Assembly (NCBI GenBank): GCA_976226885.1 | Contig: OZ320317.1 | Location: 59,768,001-59,832,000 of the forward strand | DNA: 64,000 bases | Source of the DNA: Iphione sp. A-MEVVRFRX5 | Lineage: Eukaryota | Direction: 5' to 3' | Shown here: piece after piece, positions 1-8,640 of the stretch | Numbering within the stretch: position 1 is the stretch's first letter | Layout: the number at the start of each line of letters is the position of its first letter | Notes under the pieces: model-generated | Seen by the model: the letters and a program-made list of their open reading frames with translations, nothing else | The model's database searches: none | Told to the model about the DNA's origin: nothing | Made by a program: the position numbers and the translations under genes

Positions 1-1
1 G

Positions 2-3000
2 GAGTGCTAACTCCGCGGCGTCTAATCGTGGTGCGGCGGCAGGAAGGGCCGCATGGTCGCTCGTGCCGCAGGGCCGCAACTCCGCAGCGGCCACCGAAGT
101 AAACGTCCCGCAGTGCGCCCTCACATCGGGCCTTTCTTGCCTTGCGCCCATCGCTGCGACATCCTCTGTTATCGCTGGCTTGAGGCGATCTGCATGCACA
201 ACCTTCCTTCGCGTGCCTCTCCCTATCCGATAGACAACCGCAGACAGTCTCTCCTCCACCTGCCACGGGCCCTCCCACCAGCTCTGGAACTTAGGAGATA
301 CGCCTTTCTTTTTCAGTGGGGTGAAAAGCCACACTTTCTGCCCCACCACGTACTCCTGGGGGCGCACCTTCTGGTTGTACCAGTCCTGCCGCAACTCCGC
401 TGCCTTATTCAGCTTGCAGGCGACCCACTGGTGGGCTTCCCGGACTTCTTCTTCTACCTGCTGCACATATTCGCCTCTTTCTACAGTTGGTCCTTCAGGG
501 TACCCATAGCGGAGCTCGGCTGGGGTAGCAACCTCCCGATGCAGGGTAAGCCAGTTAGGGGACACGCCCGTAGTGCTGTGGGGGGTGGCCCGGTATGCAG
601 CCATGACGAAGGGGAGGGCCAAGTCCCAGTCGGCTCGCCTCTCCTCTCCCAGGGTGGCTAGCATGCTGGCGAGCGTCCTGTTGAAGCGCTCCACCACTCC
701 GTCGGCTTGGGGGTGGTATGGTGTGGTCCTGGATTTCTCGATCCCCAGCAATCGTAGCACCTCCGCGAAGAGCTCGGCCTCGAAGTTCCTCCCCTGGTCG
801 GAGTGCAAGGCTCTAGGGGGCCCGAAACGGCACACCACTTCCCTGACAATCACTTCGGCGGTTGCCCGAGCTGTGATTTCCGCCAGTGGGAACGCTTCTG
901 TCCATTTAGAAAAGTGGTCCGCCACTACTAGAATGTAACGGTGTCCCCGCTCCGTGCGCGGAAGTGGCCCTAAGACGTCGGCTGCTACTAGTTCCCAGGG
1001 CTCGCTGACTTTCCGGTACTGTAGCGGTGCCCTCTTGTTGCGGTATGGCCCCTTTCTACGCTGGCACGCCTGACAAGCTTGTGTCCAGCGCAGGACGTCC
1101 CGCCGGAGTCCAGGCCAGAACCACTTAGTCTTAAGAGCGGCTCCGGTTTTCTCCGCTCCCAGGTGGCCACTCAACACCCCTTCGTGAGCCTCTCGCCAAA
1201 CCTGCTTCCTTAGACTCCTCGGTACGTATGCCTGATACACCAGTCGCGAAGGCTCTTCCTGCCAACATCGCATCAGCACCCCGTGCCGGAGACTCAACCG
1301 TCTCGCCTCGGCGCGCAGCTGGCGCTCTTCCCAGGACAACCCGGATTCGAGTCCTGGGATTTCTCTACCTTCCTCGAGTGCATCTATGATGGCGGCTACG
1401 GGCTCCTCCTCCCGCTGGGCGTCTCTCAGCTGCGGTCGATCTCCAGTTGGGTCCACGGTCACCATGGCCGTGAGCTCCCGCACCGGTTCTTCCCCCTCTT
1501 CACTACGGTGGCACTGTTTACAACGCTGGCGGGACAACCCGTCTGCATTGCCATGCTTCTTCCCGGGCCGGTGGACGATTAACAGGTCATAGCAGAATAT
1601 TTCCTCTAACCACCGCGCCAGCTGCCCCTGGGGCTCACGGAAATTGCACAGCCAGCGCAAGGAGTCGTGGTCAGTGCGTATCTCCACAGTGTGCCCTCCC
1701 ACGTAACAGCGGAACTTCCGTAATGCGAACACCACTGCCAATAATTCTCGACGAGTGACACAATAGTTCTTTTCGGGACGCGTGAGGGTCCGGCTAGCGT
1801 ACGCCAACACCCTCTCCTGTCCCTCTTGCTCTTGGGACAACACCGCGCCGATGCCCGTATCCGACGCGTCCGTGTCGATCAAGAGCCGCCCTTTTGGTTT
1901 CGGGAACCCCAGGATGGGTGCCGTCACCAACCGTTCCTTCAACTCCTCGAAGGCCACTTGGCACTGCTCTGACCACGTGAACTCGGCGTGTCGATCGGCC
2001 AATGCATGCAGGGGTGCTGCTATCCTCGCGAAACCCTCCACGAAATTTCGGTAATATGAGCAAAGGCCCAGGAACCCGCGCAGCTCCTCTTGGCAATGAG
2101 GCACAGCCCATTCCGCCACCGCCGCTATCTTGGCTGGGTCTACTCCGACTCCCGCAGCGGACACCCGGTGCCCGAGGTAAGCCACCTCCCGTCGGAACAG
2201 CTGGCACTTTGAAGCCTTCACATGCAAACCGGCCTGCCGAAGCCGCTGGAACACCATTCCCAGGCGCTGGCACATCTGCTGCACAGAGTTACCCAGCACG
2301 ATAACGTCGTCGAGGTAGACGAGACACTCTACGCCGACGAGTCCTCGCAACACTGATTCCATCAACCTTTCGAATGTGGATGGGGCATTGCACAATCCAA
2401 AGGGCATAACTCTAAACTGGTAAAGTCCTCTGGGTGTGCACACTGCGGTCTTCTCTGCATCGCGTGGATCCATGCGTACCTGCCAGTATCCACTGGCTAA
2501 ATCCAAGGCTGAGAAAAACCGGCTTCCTTGCAGGGCGTCAAGGGTGTCATCGATTCTGGGAATTGGATAAGCGTCTTTCTTCGTCACTGCATTCAGGCGT
2601 CGGTAATCCACGCAGAACCGGGTCCCCCCATCCTTTTTCCTCACTAGGACCAGGGGTGAGGCCCACGGGCTAGTAGAGGGCTCTAGGACTCCGCGTTCCA
2701 CCATGGAATCTACCTCTCGCTCGAGCTCTGCCCGCTTCTGTGGAGGGAGACGTCGCACCCGCTGACGAATGGGCGGGTGCCCTTGGGTGTTTATCCGATG
2801 TTGCACATCAGGAGCACAGCCGAGGGGCCCACTGGGGGTTTGGAACACGCCCCTGTACTCCTCCAGCAAGACGAGCACCATCCGTCGTTCCTCTGTGGAG
2901 AGGTCCTCTGGGAGGCTCTCCATAAGTTGCCCCACGGCCTCTGACTGCTCACCTTCAACGGTAGAGTTGGCTCCAACCTGAATAGGGTCCACCTCTTCCA

Positions 3001-3772
3001 CCGGATGGGCCCGCCCCAAGTGGGTTCCGCCGTGGATGTACGCCTCCTGCGCACCCGGGTTCCATACTGGCACCAGCAACTTCCGCTCAGTGGGGCACAC
3101 CACTGCCTGTGCTACCCGGAGACCCGACCGTTCTTCGAACCGTAGATTACCCTCGGTCAGCACCCCCGCGGGTTCTCCGAGTGTCGGTGCCCAGTTGGCC
3201 GTCACCCAGCCTAACTGTCCTGCTGCGATGCGGTGGTCCCCTCTGGCCGCCAATAGTACAGCGCCGTCCCCCACAGGGGCAGCCAGAGTTACCTGCGCCC
3301 GCACGGTATCCACTGTCGCCTCCCAGGCGTCCAGCCAGTCAAGTCCCAGGATCGCCGGTACTTCCATGTCGACCACCCGGGCCCTGACGGGTACCCGTGT
3401 GTCCCCGAAGTGTACTTGGCTGGCGACCGTTCCCCTCACAAGTAACGGGGCCCCATCCACGCCGAACACCCGGGCGTCTATGGGGCCCAAGGCCACACCC
3501 TGCAGGTTGTCGAAGACCCGGCTCGAGACCAGTGAGGCTGATGCTCCCGTGTCCACCAACCAGTCAAAAGTGCAGCCACCCATCCTTCCGGACAGTAGCA
3601 ACCCACTGCACCCCTGGCGTCGGCGTCCCTGAAGGACCACTCCGCCCGTGGTGGCCCCAGCTAGAGCTCGCAGGTGTTCAGGCGGTGGCGAACCGCTGCG
3701 GGCTGGGACCTCTACTTTTGGTGACTCTACCGCCCGCCCCTCTAGGCTCGGGCGGGCGGTCCCCCGTTTCCC
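2..3772 (-). CDS. pol: Gypsy Pol polyprotein (aspartic protease, dUTPase-like spacer, reverse transcriptase, RNase H, integrase), entered by -1 frameshift; 3'-partial, about 1257 codons in the window
   Basis: Hand translation. Protease: WLVDTGASASL (3542-3553) and ILGLDW. RT: SPWASPLVLVRKKDGGTRFCVDYRRLN, MPFGLCNAPSTF, YLDD (2306-2317). RH: DTDASDTGIGAVL, RELLAVV, RTDH, HGNADGLSR. IN: H-x6-H...C-x2-C, AADVLGP, HSDQGRNF, GVVERFNRTL, and a GPY/F-type WWEGPWQV. There is no stop to the window edge, which is probably why the ORF track omits it. Confidence 0.95.
3729..3772 (-). promoter_or_regulatory. -1 programmed ribosomal frameshift signal (G_GGA_AAC slippery heptamer plus 3' stem-loop)
   Basis: Heptamer GGGAAAC at 3772-3766 sits in X_XXY_YYZ phase in gag. 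It is followed by a 5-nt spacer and a perfect 11-bp stem ACCGCCCGCCC/GGGCGGGCGGT (3760-3750 with 3739-3729) with a 10-nt loop. pol is in the -1 frame. Confidence 0.85.
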
Positions 3773-5235
3773 GGCTCCGCAGTGGGTGCGGCGGTGGCAT
3801 TGGCGCTCGGGGGTGCAGTACCAGCCTCCGCCGCCAGCCGCGCTGGACACTCCCGTTTGAAATGTCCTTGTTCATGGCAGTAGAAGCAGGCTCCTTCTGG
3901 GGCTCGGCGACGGTTCCGGCGACCAGCCGCGGCTGGGGGCTGTTCTACTAGCTTCAAGAGCAACTGCTCCACGCGCTCCCATGCGGCTGGGGCTGGTGCT
4001 GGTGTGGAGCGACTAGCGGCCACCGACTCCCCTTCCTCCGCGCGCACGGCGTGGACCCTAGTGGCCGTCCCTGACCCGGAACGCTCCTTCTCCGCACGAT
4101 GGAAGGATTCGGCCAGCAACGCTTCCGACACCGCGGATTGAAACGATCGGGCCTTAGCCTGGACCACCCAGCGCCGGCTCCGCTCCTCTCTCAGGGCCGA
4201 CACAAAGGCATCCCGGCACATGCGGTCCAGCCAGGGTCCTTCGGCCTCCGGATAGGCCTGTCGCACCAAGCGTTCGACGTCTTCGGCTAGCTTCTGAGCG
4301 TCTTCATCCTTCCCCTGACGCCGCTGTTTAAGCTCTTGCTCATAAAAGGTGGCACGGTCGGCCGATTGGAAGCGGTTCCTCAGCGCCTCCACAATCCGAT
4401 CGTAAGCACCCTCGGCTGTGACGTCAATTCCGGCCGTGCGGAGAGCTGACTGTGCCGACTTGCGCAGGCAGACACTCAGTTGCAGCGCTTGTTCTGTCCG
4501 GTCCCACCGGTTGGCTTGGGCCACGAGACCAAAGTGGTGCAAGTACTCGGCGAGAGGCACGGACCCATCGAATGCCTCCGGCTTTACATGGAACTTCCGC
4601 GCTGGGGTGACCGACGTAGGGGCTGTCGCTGACCGTAGCGCCTCTTGGAGACCGGATACCAAGCTTCGCACCAGCTGGCCGCGTTCCTCGTCCGCCTCGG
4701 CTTGAATGGAACTGGGGAGCGTCGTTGCTGAGCGGGGGGTACTGCCGGCAGTACTAGATGGTCCTGTCCCAGTGTGTGGCCCGTCCGGGCGGGCTGGAGG
4801 CGTCGCCGGTGGCGCGGCGGCGCCCCGCGACTCGGTGGGCACTGGTGAAGCCCCTCTGGAGGTGGACTGTGGCGTATCCCTAGGCTGTGCAGGGGGCGAC
4901 TGCGGCGGTGCGGGGTGCAGCTGCGGCTGCGGCTGTGCGGAGTGCGGCTGCGGCTGTGTGGAGTGCAGCTGCGGCTGCGGCTGCGGCCGCGGCTGCGGCT
5001 GCGGCTGCGGCTGCGGCTGCGGCTGCGGCTGCGGAGTGCGGCCCAGTTGGACTTCATCGTCTGAGCTGGCAGGCTCCTCACTGTCCCACTGGTCGGAGTC
5101 TCCGGAAACATCGAGCGCCCCTGCCGGCCATCGCCCGCGTCCCCTTCCTGTTGGCTGACCTCGGCCATGTCCAGCGGCGGGCGAGATCCCACCGCTGCCA
5201 CCAATGTAGCGTTTCCCATTACGTAATAAAGACAT
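3742..5235 (-). CDS. gag: Gypsy Gag (PQ-repeat/Pro-rich N-terminus, capsid-like domain, CCHC zinc knuckle), about 497 aa from the ATG at 5235
   Basis: ORF track 3742..5241. KPEAFDGSVPLAEYLHHF...ANRW is a typical retrotransposon capsid start, and CFYCHEQGHFKRECP is a C-x2-C-x4-H-x4-C knuckle. The start is uncertain: the only upstream ATG in this frame is at 5235, inside the LTR. Confidence 0.88.
   Translation of the reverse strand: MSLLRNGKRYIGGSGGISPAAGHGRGQPTGRGRGRWPAGALDVSGDSDQWDSEEPASSDDEVQLGRTPQPQPQPQPQPQPQPRPQPQPQLHSTQPQPHSAQPQPQLHPAPPQSPPAQPRDTPQSTSRGASPVPTESRGAAAPPATPPARPDGPHTGTGPSSTAGSTPRSATTLPSSIQAEADEERGQLVRSLVSGLQEALRSATAPTSVTPARKFHVKPEAFDGSVPLAEYLHHFGLVAQANRWDRTEQALQLSVCLRKSAQSALRTAGIDVTAEGAYDRIVEALRNRFQSADRATFYEQELKQRRQGKDEDAQKLAEDVERLVRQAYPEAEGPWLDRMCRDAFVSALREERSRRWVVQAKARSFQSAVSEALLAESFHRAEKERSGSGTATRVHAVRAEEGESVAASRSTPAPAPAAWERVEQLLLKLVEQPPAAAGRRNRRRAPEGACFYCHEQGHFKRECPARLAAEAGTAPPSANATAAPTAEPGNGGPPARA
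4584..5219 (-). CDS. Candidate overlapping RS/TP-rich ORF (about 211 aa) in an alternative frame of gag
   Basis: ORF track 4584..5252. It has two good-context ATGs (5219 gtaATGG, 5168 gacATGG) and encodes RSRSRSRSRSRSRGRSRSRSCTPHSRSRTPHSRSRS. It may be a by-product of the GC-rich repeat. Confidence 0.3.
   Translation of the reverse strand: MGNATLVAAVGSRPPLDMAEVSQQEGDAGDGRQGRSMFPETPTSGTVRSLPAQTMKSNWAALRSRSRSRSRSRSRSRGRSRSRSCTPHSRSRTPHSRSRSCTPHRRSRPLHSLGIRHSPPPEGLHQCPPSRGAPPRHRRRLQPARTGHTLGQDHLVLPAVPPAQQRRSPVPFKPRRTRNAASWCEAWYPVSKRRYGQRQPLRRSPQRGSSM
4915..5042. repeat. (CTGCGG)n / (CCGCAG)n imperfect hexamer tract inside gag
   Basis: Directly visible. It encodes PQPQ in the gag frame, RSRS in the overlapping frame and poly-Ala in the third minus frame. 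Confidence 0.95.
5186..5203 (-). promoter_or_regulatory. Primer-binding site complementary to the tRNA-Leu 3' end
   Basis: Minus strand TGGTGGCAGCGGTGGGAT is the exact complement of ...ATCCCACCGCTGCCA-CCA (metazoan tRNA-Leu AAG/UAG 3' end), 1 nt after the LTR terminal ...GCTACA. Confidence 0.92.
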
Positions 5236-5258
5236 GACCAAGGTTTGAACAATGAAGG

Positions 5259-5264
5259 TTTATT
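5259..5264 (-). terminator. LTR polyadenylation signal
   Basis: AATAAA on the minus strand, about 55 nt before the LTR inner end. Confidence 0.65.
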
Positions 5265-5325
5265 CCAGAGATGTGAACACTACGGTGACTCAGCCTAGAC
5301 TGACTCCCTCCTCCCTAGCAGCCCC

Positions 5326-5332
5326 TTATATA
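5326..5332 (-). promoter_or_regulatory. LTR TATA box
   Basis: TATATAA on the minus strand within the LTR, about 60 nt upstream of AATAAA. Confidence 0.65.
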
Positions 5333-8229
5333 CCCCACCCAAAGGCAAGGGAAGGGGGGGGGGATGGTGAGGAGTGCAGCACTCCGCACCCCCGGCGCGT
5401 CCTAGTGCAGCACTCCGCATGCAGCACTCAGCACCGGGGGCGCCTCCTGGTGCCGCACTCCGCAGCACCACAGTACTTAGCCTTGTGGGGAAGCAAAGTA
5501 CGTACACAGGTTTATAGCTAATCAGAGTGTTAAGTGCGAATTGTTTTGACACTCTCTAGAGTGTAATGTCTATCAAAATGATATCACTTAAGGATAACGC
5601 TGGGATTAAGCTTCGATGGGCAGTATACTTTCTGAGGGAATCCGGATTTCGCTTCCGTGGACTCGCTCGCCAGACACTATAAAACGCGACTGAAGATATA
5701 ATGAATGCACCGAGAGAAGCCATTGGTATTTAACCACTCCACAGTGCGTGTGTAAACATATACATGTATATGCATTGGTTGAGGGGACGTCCCATATCCG
5801 TACTCTTACAATGGCCTTGAAAATACTACAAATGCATGTGGTAGTTTATGGGTTTATGGTTCTTCTACTGCAAGTAGGTGTACTATAATCTCCCATTCTA
5901 CGATTCTGCGAGTGATACTGGGCACTGCTAGAGTCATAATGCCTATAACAGAGAAAGATATGACTACCTTGGAGTGGCGGCCCTTTGACAGAAGCAACTC
6001 AAGCGCAGGGCAGGAAGTGACATCCGCCCAAGGCGCAGCTTATATTCGGCACGCGTTATTACTATAGGGGTTGGATGGTACATGTAAAGGGTTTCTGCAG
6101 GGCATTCTTACTGCTCCGTAAAGACGAGAAGAAAGACACGTGTACGGAGTAACACACTTAGGCAAGGACATGCACTTTCCTGGACTGAATATTCTTTTTA
6201 GAAAATGCACTCAAAAACGTGCGCACGTTACCCCTTTATGAAAGAATGGCTTTTTACACGCTATCGAATTAACTACCATCAGTGAATACAACACCCTTGA
6301 GCATCGACGTGACTCGGATATGCAGGAGTACGGTACAAGGAAAACAGTATACAAATGTACATTTATTTACAATATTTTCGCCCCGGGGCAAGGCGTAATC
6401 TGCATGACAATCTAAAAAAGATGCGCACATTTCAAGACATTATCTCCTGATGACTAATGGTGGCGAAATAACAGGACGGGAGGGGAAGAGTATGGCTGAA
6501 GGAAGGGGCAATGTGGGTAGAAGTAAGGGATGGTGAAAGGTAAGAGTTAGGAGAGAGGGGGATTCACATGATAAAGTTGCATGGTGCGCTAGCCCTGGTC
6601 GCTCCACCACCCCGGCGTGTGGGCGTCACCCGTTGGCCGCTTGGCCAAACAGGTGTCGCCGGCAACCCTGGCATTAATCCTTGTCATTTATGATAAATCC
6701 CAACATTAATCCCCTCGCCGAGTGCTGGGCGAGGACGGGCGCCGATAGCGGCGGCCGGTAGCGACGAATTGCGAGCGTCCCGATGATTCCGGCGAACAAT
6801 TTATATGGGGTCGGCGCGTTATGTGTATATATATGCGCACGTGCGGTTGCATGTGTGCGTGCATGTGTATATGTGTGTGCACGCATAATTTGCCTGTAAG
6901 GGCCACGCAGAGGATGTAGCTTCAAATTTGCAGCACTTTACTTTAAAGAGGAGAAAGGTATATACATAATGAGTGATGATATTACAAAAGCTGATGAGCG
7001 CATTTATAGGGGCACCACTACATAAGACCTAAGGCAGTCCAAAAGAGCGCCAAATTGGTTATTTTTAAGTGACTGGGTGCCACGGAGACAGAAAGTGGTC
7101 CATGAGAGATCACAGTGAAGACACATACTAGTTAAGGACACTACTAGCTATAAACACTCCACGCCAGGCAAAGGCTGGTATCCACATTCGACCGCACGTG
7201 TATGTGTTTGAATATATGCATGTGCAGATGGAAGCAGTCTTCATACGGATTTTCAAATAGATTACATGTACAAGGATTTGATATGCATTGTGGAATAGGA
7301 TGGGCGGTCTGGTCGACGAATTGCTCTCTGCCACCAGTATAATAATTGCTCTAGTGCTTAGGCCTGGTTTCCATACCTGCGGACCCTTGCAGGAGTGTCC
7401 GTGTGCATTGTCAGGTCAGACCCCTGCAGAGTCTTTTTCCCACATGCTGAAACCGTCATCTTGGTTTCAGCACAAGAGAGGTAGTGAAACTCCTGTAAAA
7501 GCTGGAGGATTTGGCTAAACATGGCATTTAACATAATGTATGTTTGACTAAATTCAAGCTAATATTTGAAGGAAAGTAAGAGAAATTTCACGAAACATCA
7601 AAGCTGCATCATCACCATCTTGATAGGTACGAAATGCACAGTGCAAGATGTGTGATTTCACAGCAAGAAGCACTATCTCACCTGCTGTGAACATCAAATT
7701 AATGCTGGGCTACTATATGGCTTGTTTGTAAGATAGCTATGGGTGCCATGCAAAACGTAGTAGCAGCCCGCTAGCTGCCTACTGGAGAGATCATAACCAT
7801 GGTGCAACGTCTCAGTGTTCACTAGAGCTTATGACGTAACAAGTACAGAAATAAGCCAAAATTATGTCGTTACCCTAGCTTTAGTGCAGGGCGACTTAAA
7901 CGATGTGCCTAAATCTCGAAGCACAGGAGAGAACAGGCCAGTCTTTCAGGTAAACTGACACCTGAGAATATGTTGGCTATAATAAACCTGTTTACAGGAG
8001 AGCAATACAGGGCTGGGGGTAAAATGGGCAGGAACCTGTCCTTTCCTCTGATTTGAGACTTAGGCTCATCACAGTCTAGGTCACCCTGTGCTACAACTAG
8101 GGTAACTACATGTACATAACTCTGATTCAACATTTTTCTGTGAGGAGAGAAAAGGTAGATGTTTAGGACCAGTGAACATTCCTAAAGGGGTCAGCAACAA
8201 CAACCCTCTTAAGAGTAAGGCATACTCAC

Positions 8230-8640
8230 ATCAGACAATATGTTTCATCTTGAGGATTTCTTGTATGGGCAGACTTGAAGCATACAACCTTGAAGCAGAG
8301 GCAGCCTGGGTGCTATGGGCTGTAAATGTACTAGTACAAGTGCCTGACCTAAAGAGGACTTCTTTAACCCATCAAGCCAAAGTAGAAGTGGTAACTAACT
8401 GATAAGGAGGAACATAACTCACGATGAGCCTTGCTTGGTCCCCTCCAATAATACTACATGTCATGTACTCTCAAATATGGCTTACAACACACAAAGCAGG
8501 TTCCTGACTAAAGCGGACCACAACAATATGACTAGTTTGCTTCACTGTCCTATTGTGTTTCAAGGAAGAGGAACAAAATTATCATTAAAGAACTTTGGCA
8601 TTTACTCAATTGTGTGTCTACGACCATCAGGGCAAGGACC
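8230..8640 (-). mobile_element. Decayed DIRS-type tyrosine recombinase fragment
   Basis: Hand translation gives KHNRTVK...LCVVSHI*EYM...LIVSYVPPYQLVTTSTLA*WVKEVLFRSG...FTAHSTQAASAS...PIQEILKM. This matches the DIRS YR pattern LCxV...Y / S-x2-P...T-x2-RW / HS(T)R box and carries in-frame stops. Confidence 0.78.

Larger units (their letters stand above)
1..5472 (-). mobile_element. Ty3/Gypsy LTR retrotransposon, apparently intact; 3' end (end of pol, PPT, 3' LTR) lies beyond position 1
   Basis: Order on the minus strand is LTR, PBS, gag, then pol with PR-RT-RH-IN (integrase after RNase H = Gypsy order). It is GC-rich relative to the flank, and no stops or frameshifts were found in hand translation. 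Confidence 0.96.
5205..5472 (-). repeat. 5' LTR of the Gypsy element
   Basis: The inner end ...GCTACA at 5205 abuts the PBS. It contains TATATAA (5332-5326), AATAAA (5264-5259) and four copies of a GCAGCACTCCGCA-like motif (5374-5470). The outer end is best placed at TGTGGTG (5472), but TG starts at 5508 or 5551 cannot be excluded without the 3' LTR. Confidence 0.72.

Noticed and set aside
1340-1360. GGATTCGAGTCC tRNA T-arm-like motif
   Set aside because: It lies within the pol coding frame and no cloverleaf surrounds it. No true tRNA or rRNA gene was seen in the window.
53-3951. Numerous plus-strand and off-frame ORFs (e.g. 53..661, 1283..1582, 3036..3632, 3397..3951)
   Set aside because: These are antisense or alternate-frame shadows of the GC-rich pol/gag and carry no recognisable motifs.
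4706-5237. Cys-Gly-repeat (metallothionein-looking) and poly-Ala plus-strand ORFs
   Set aside because: They are simply antisense readings of the CTGCGG hexamer tract.
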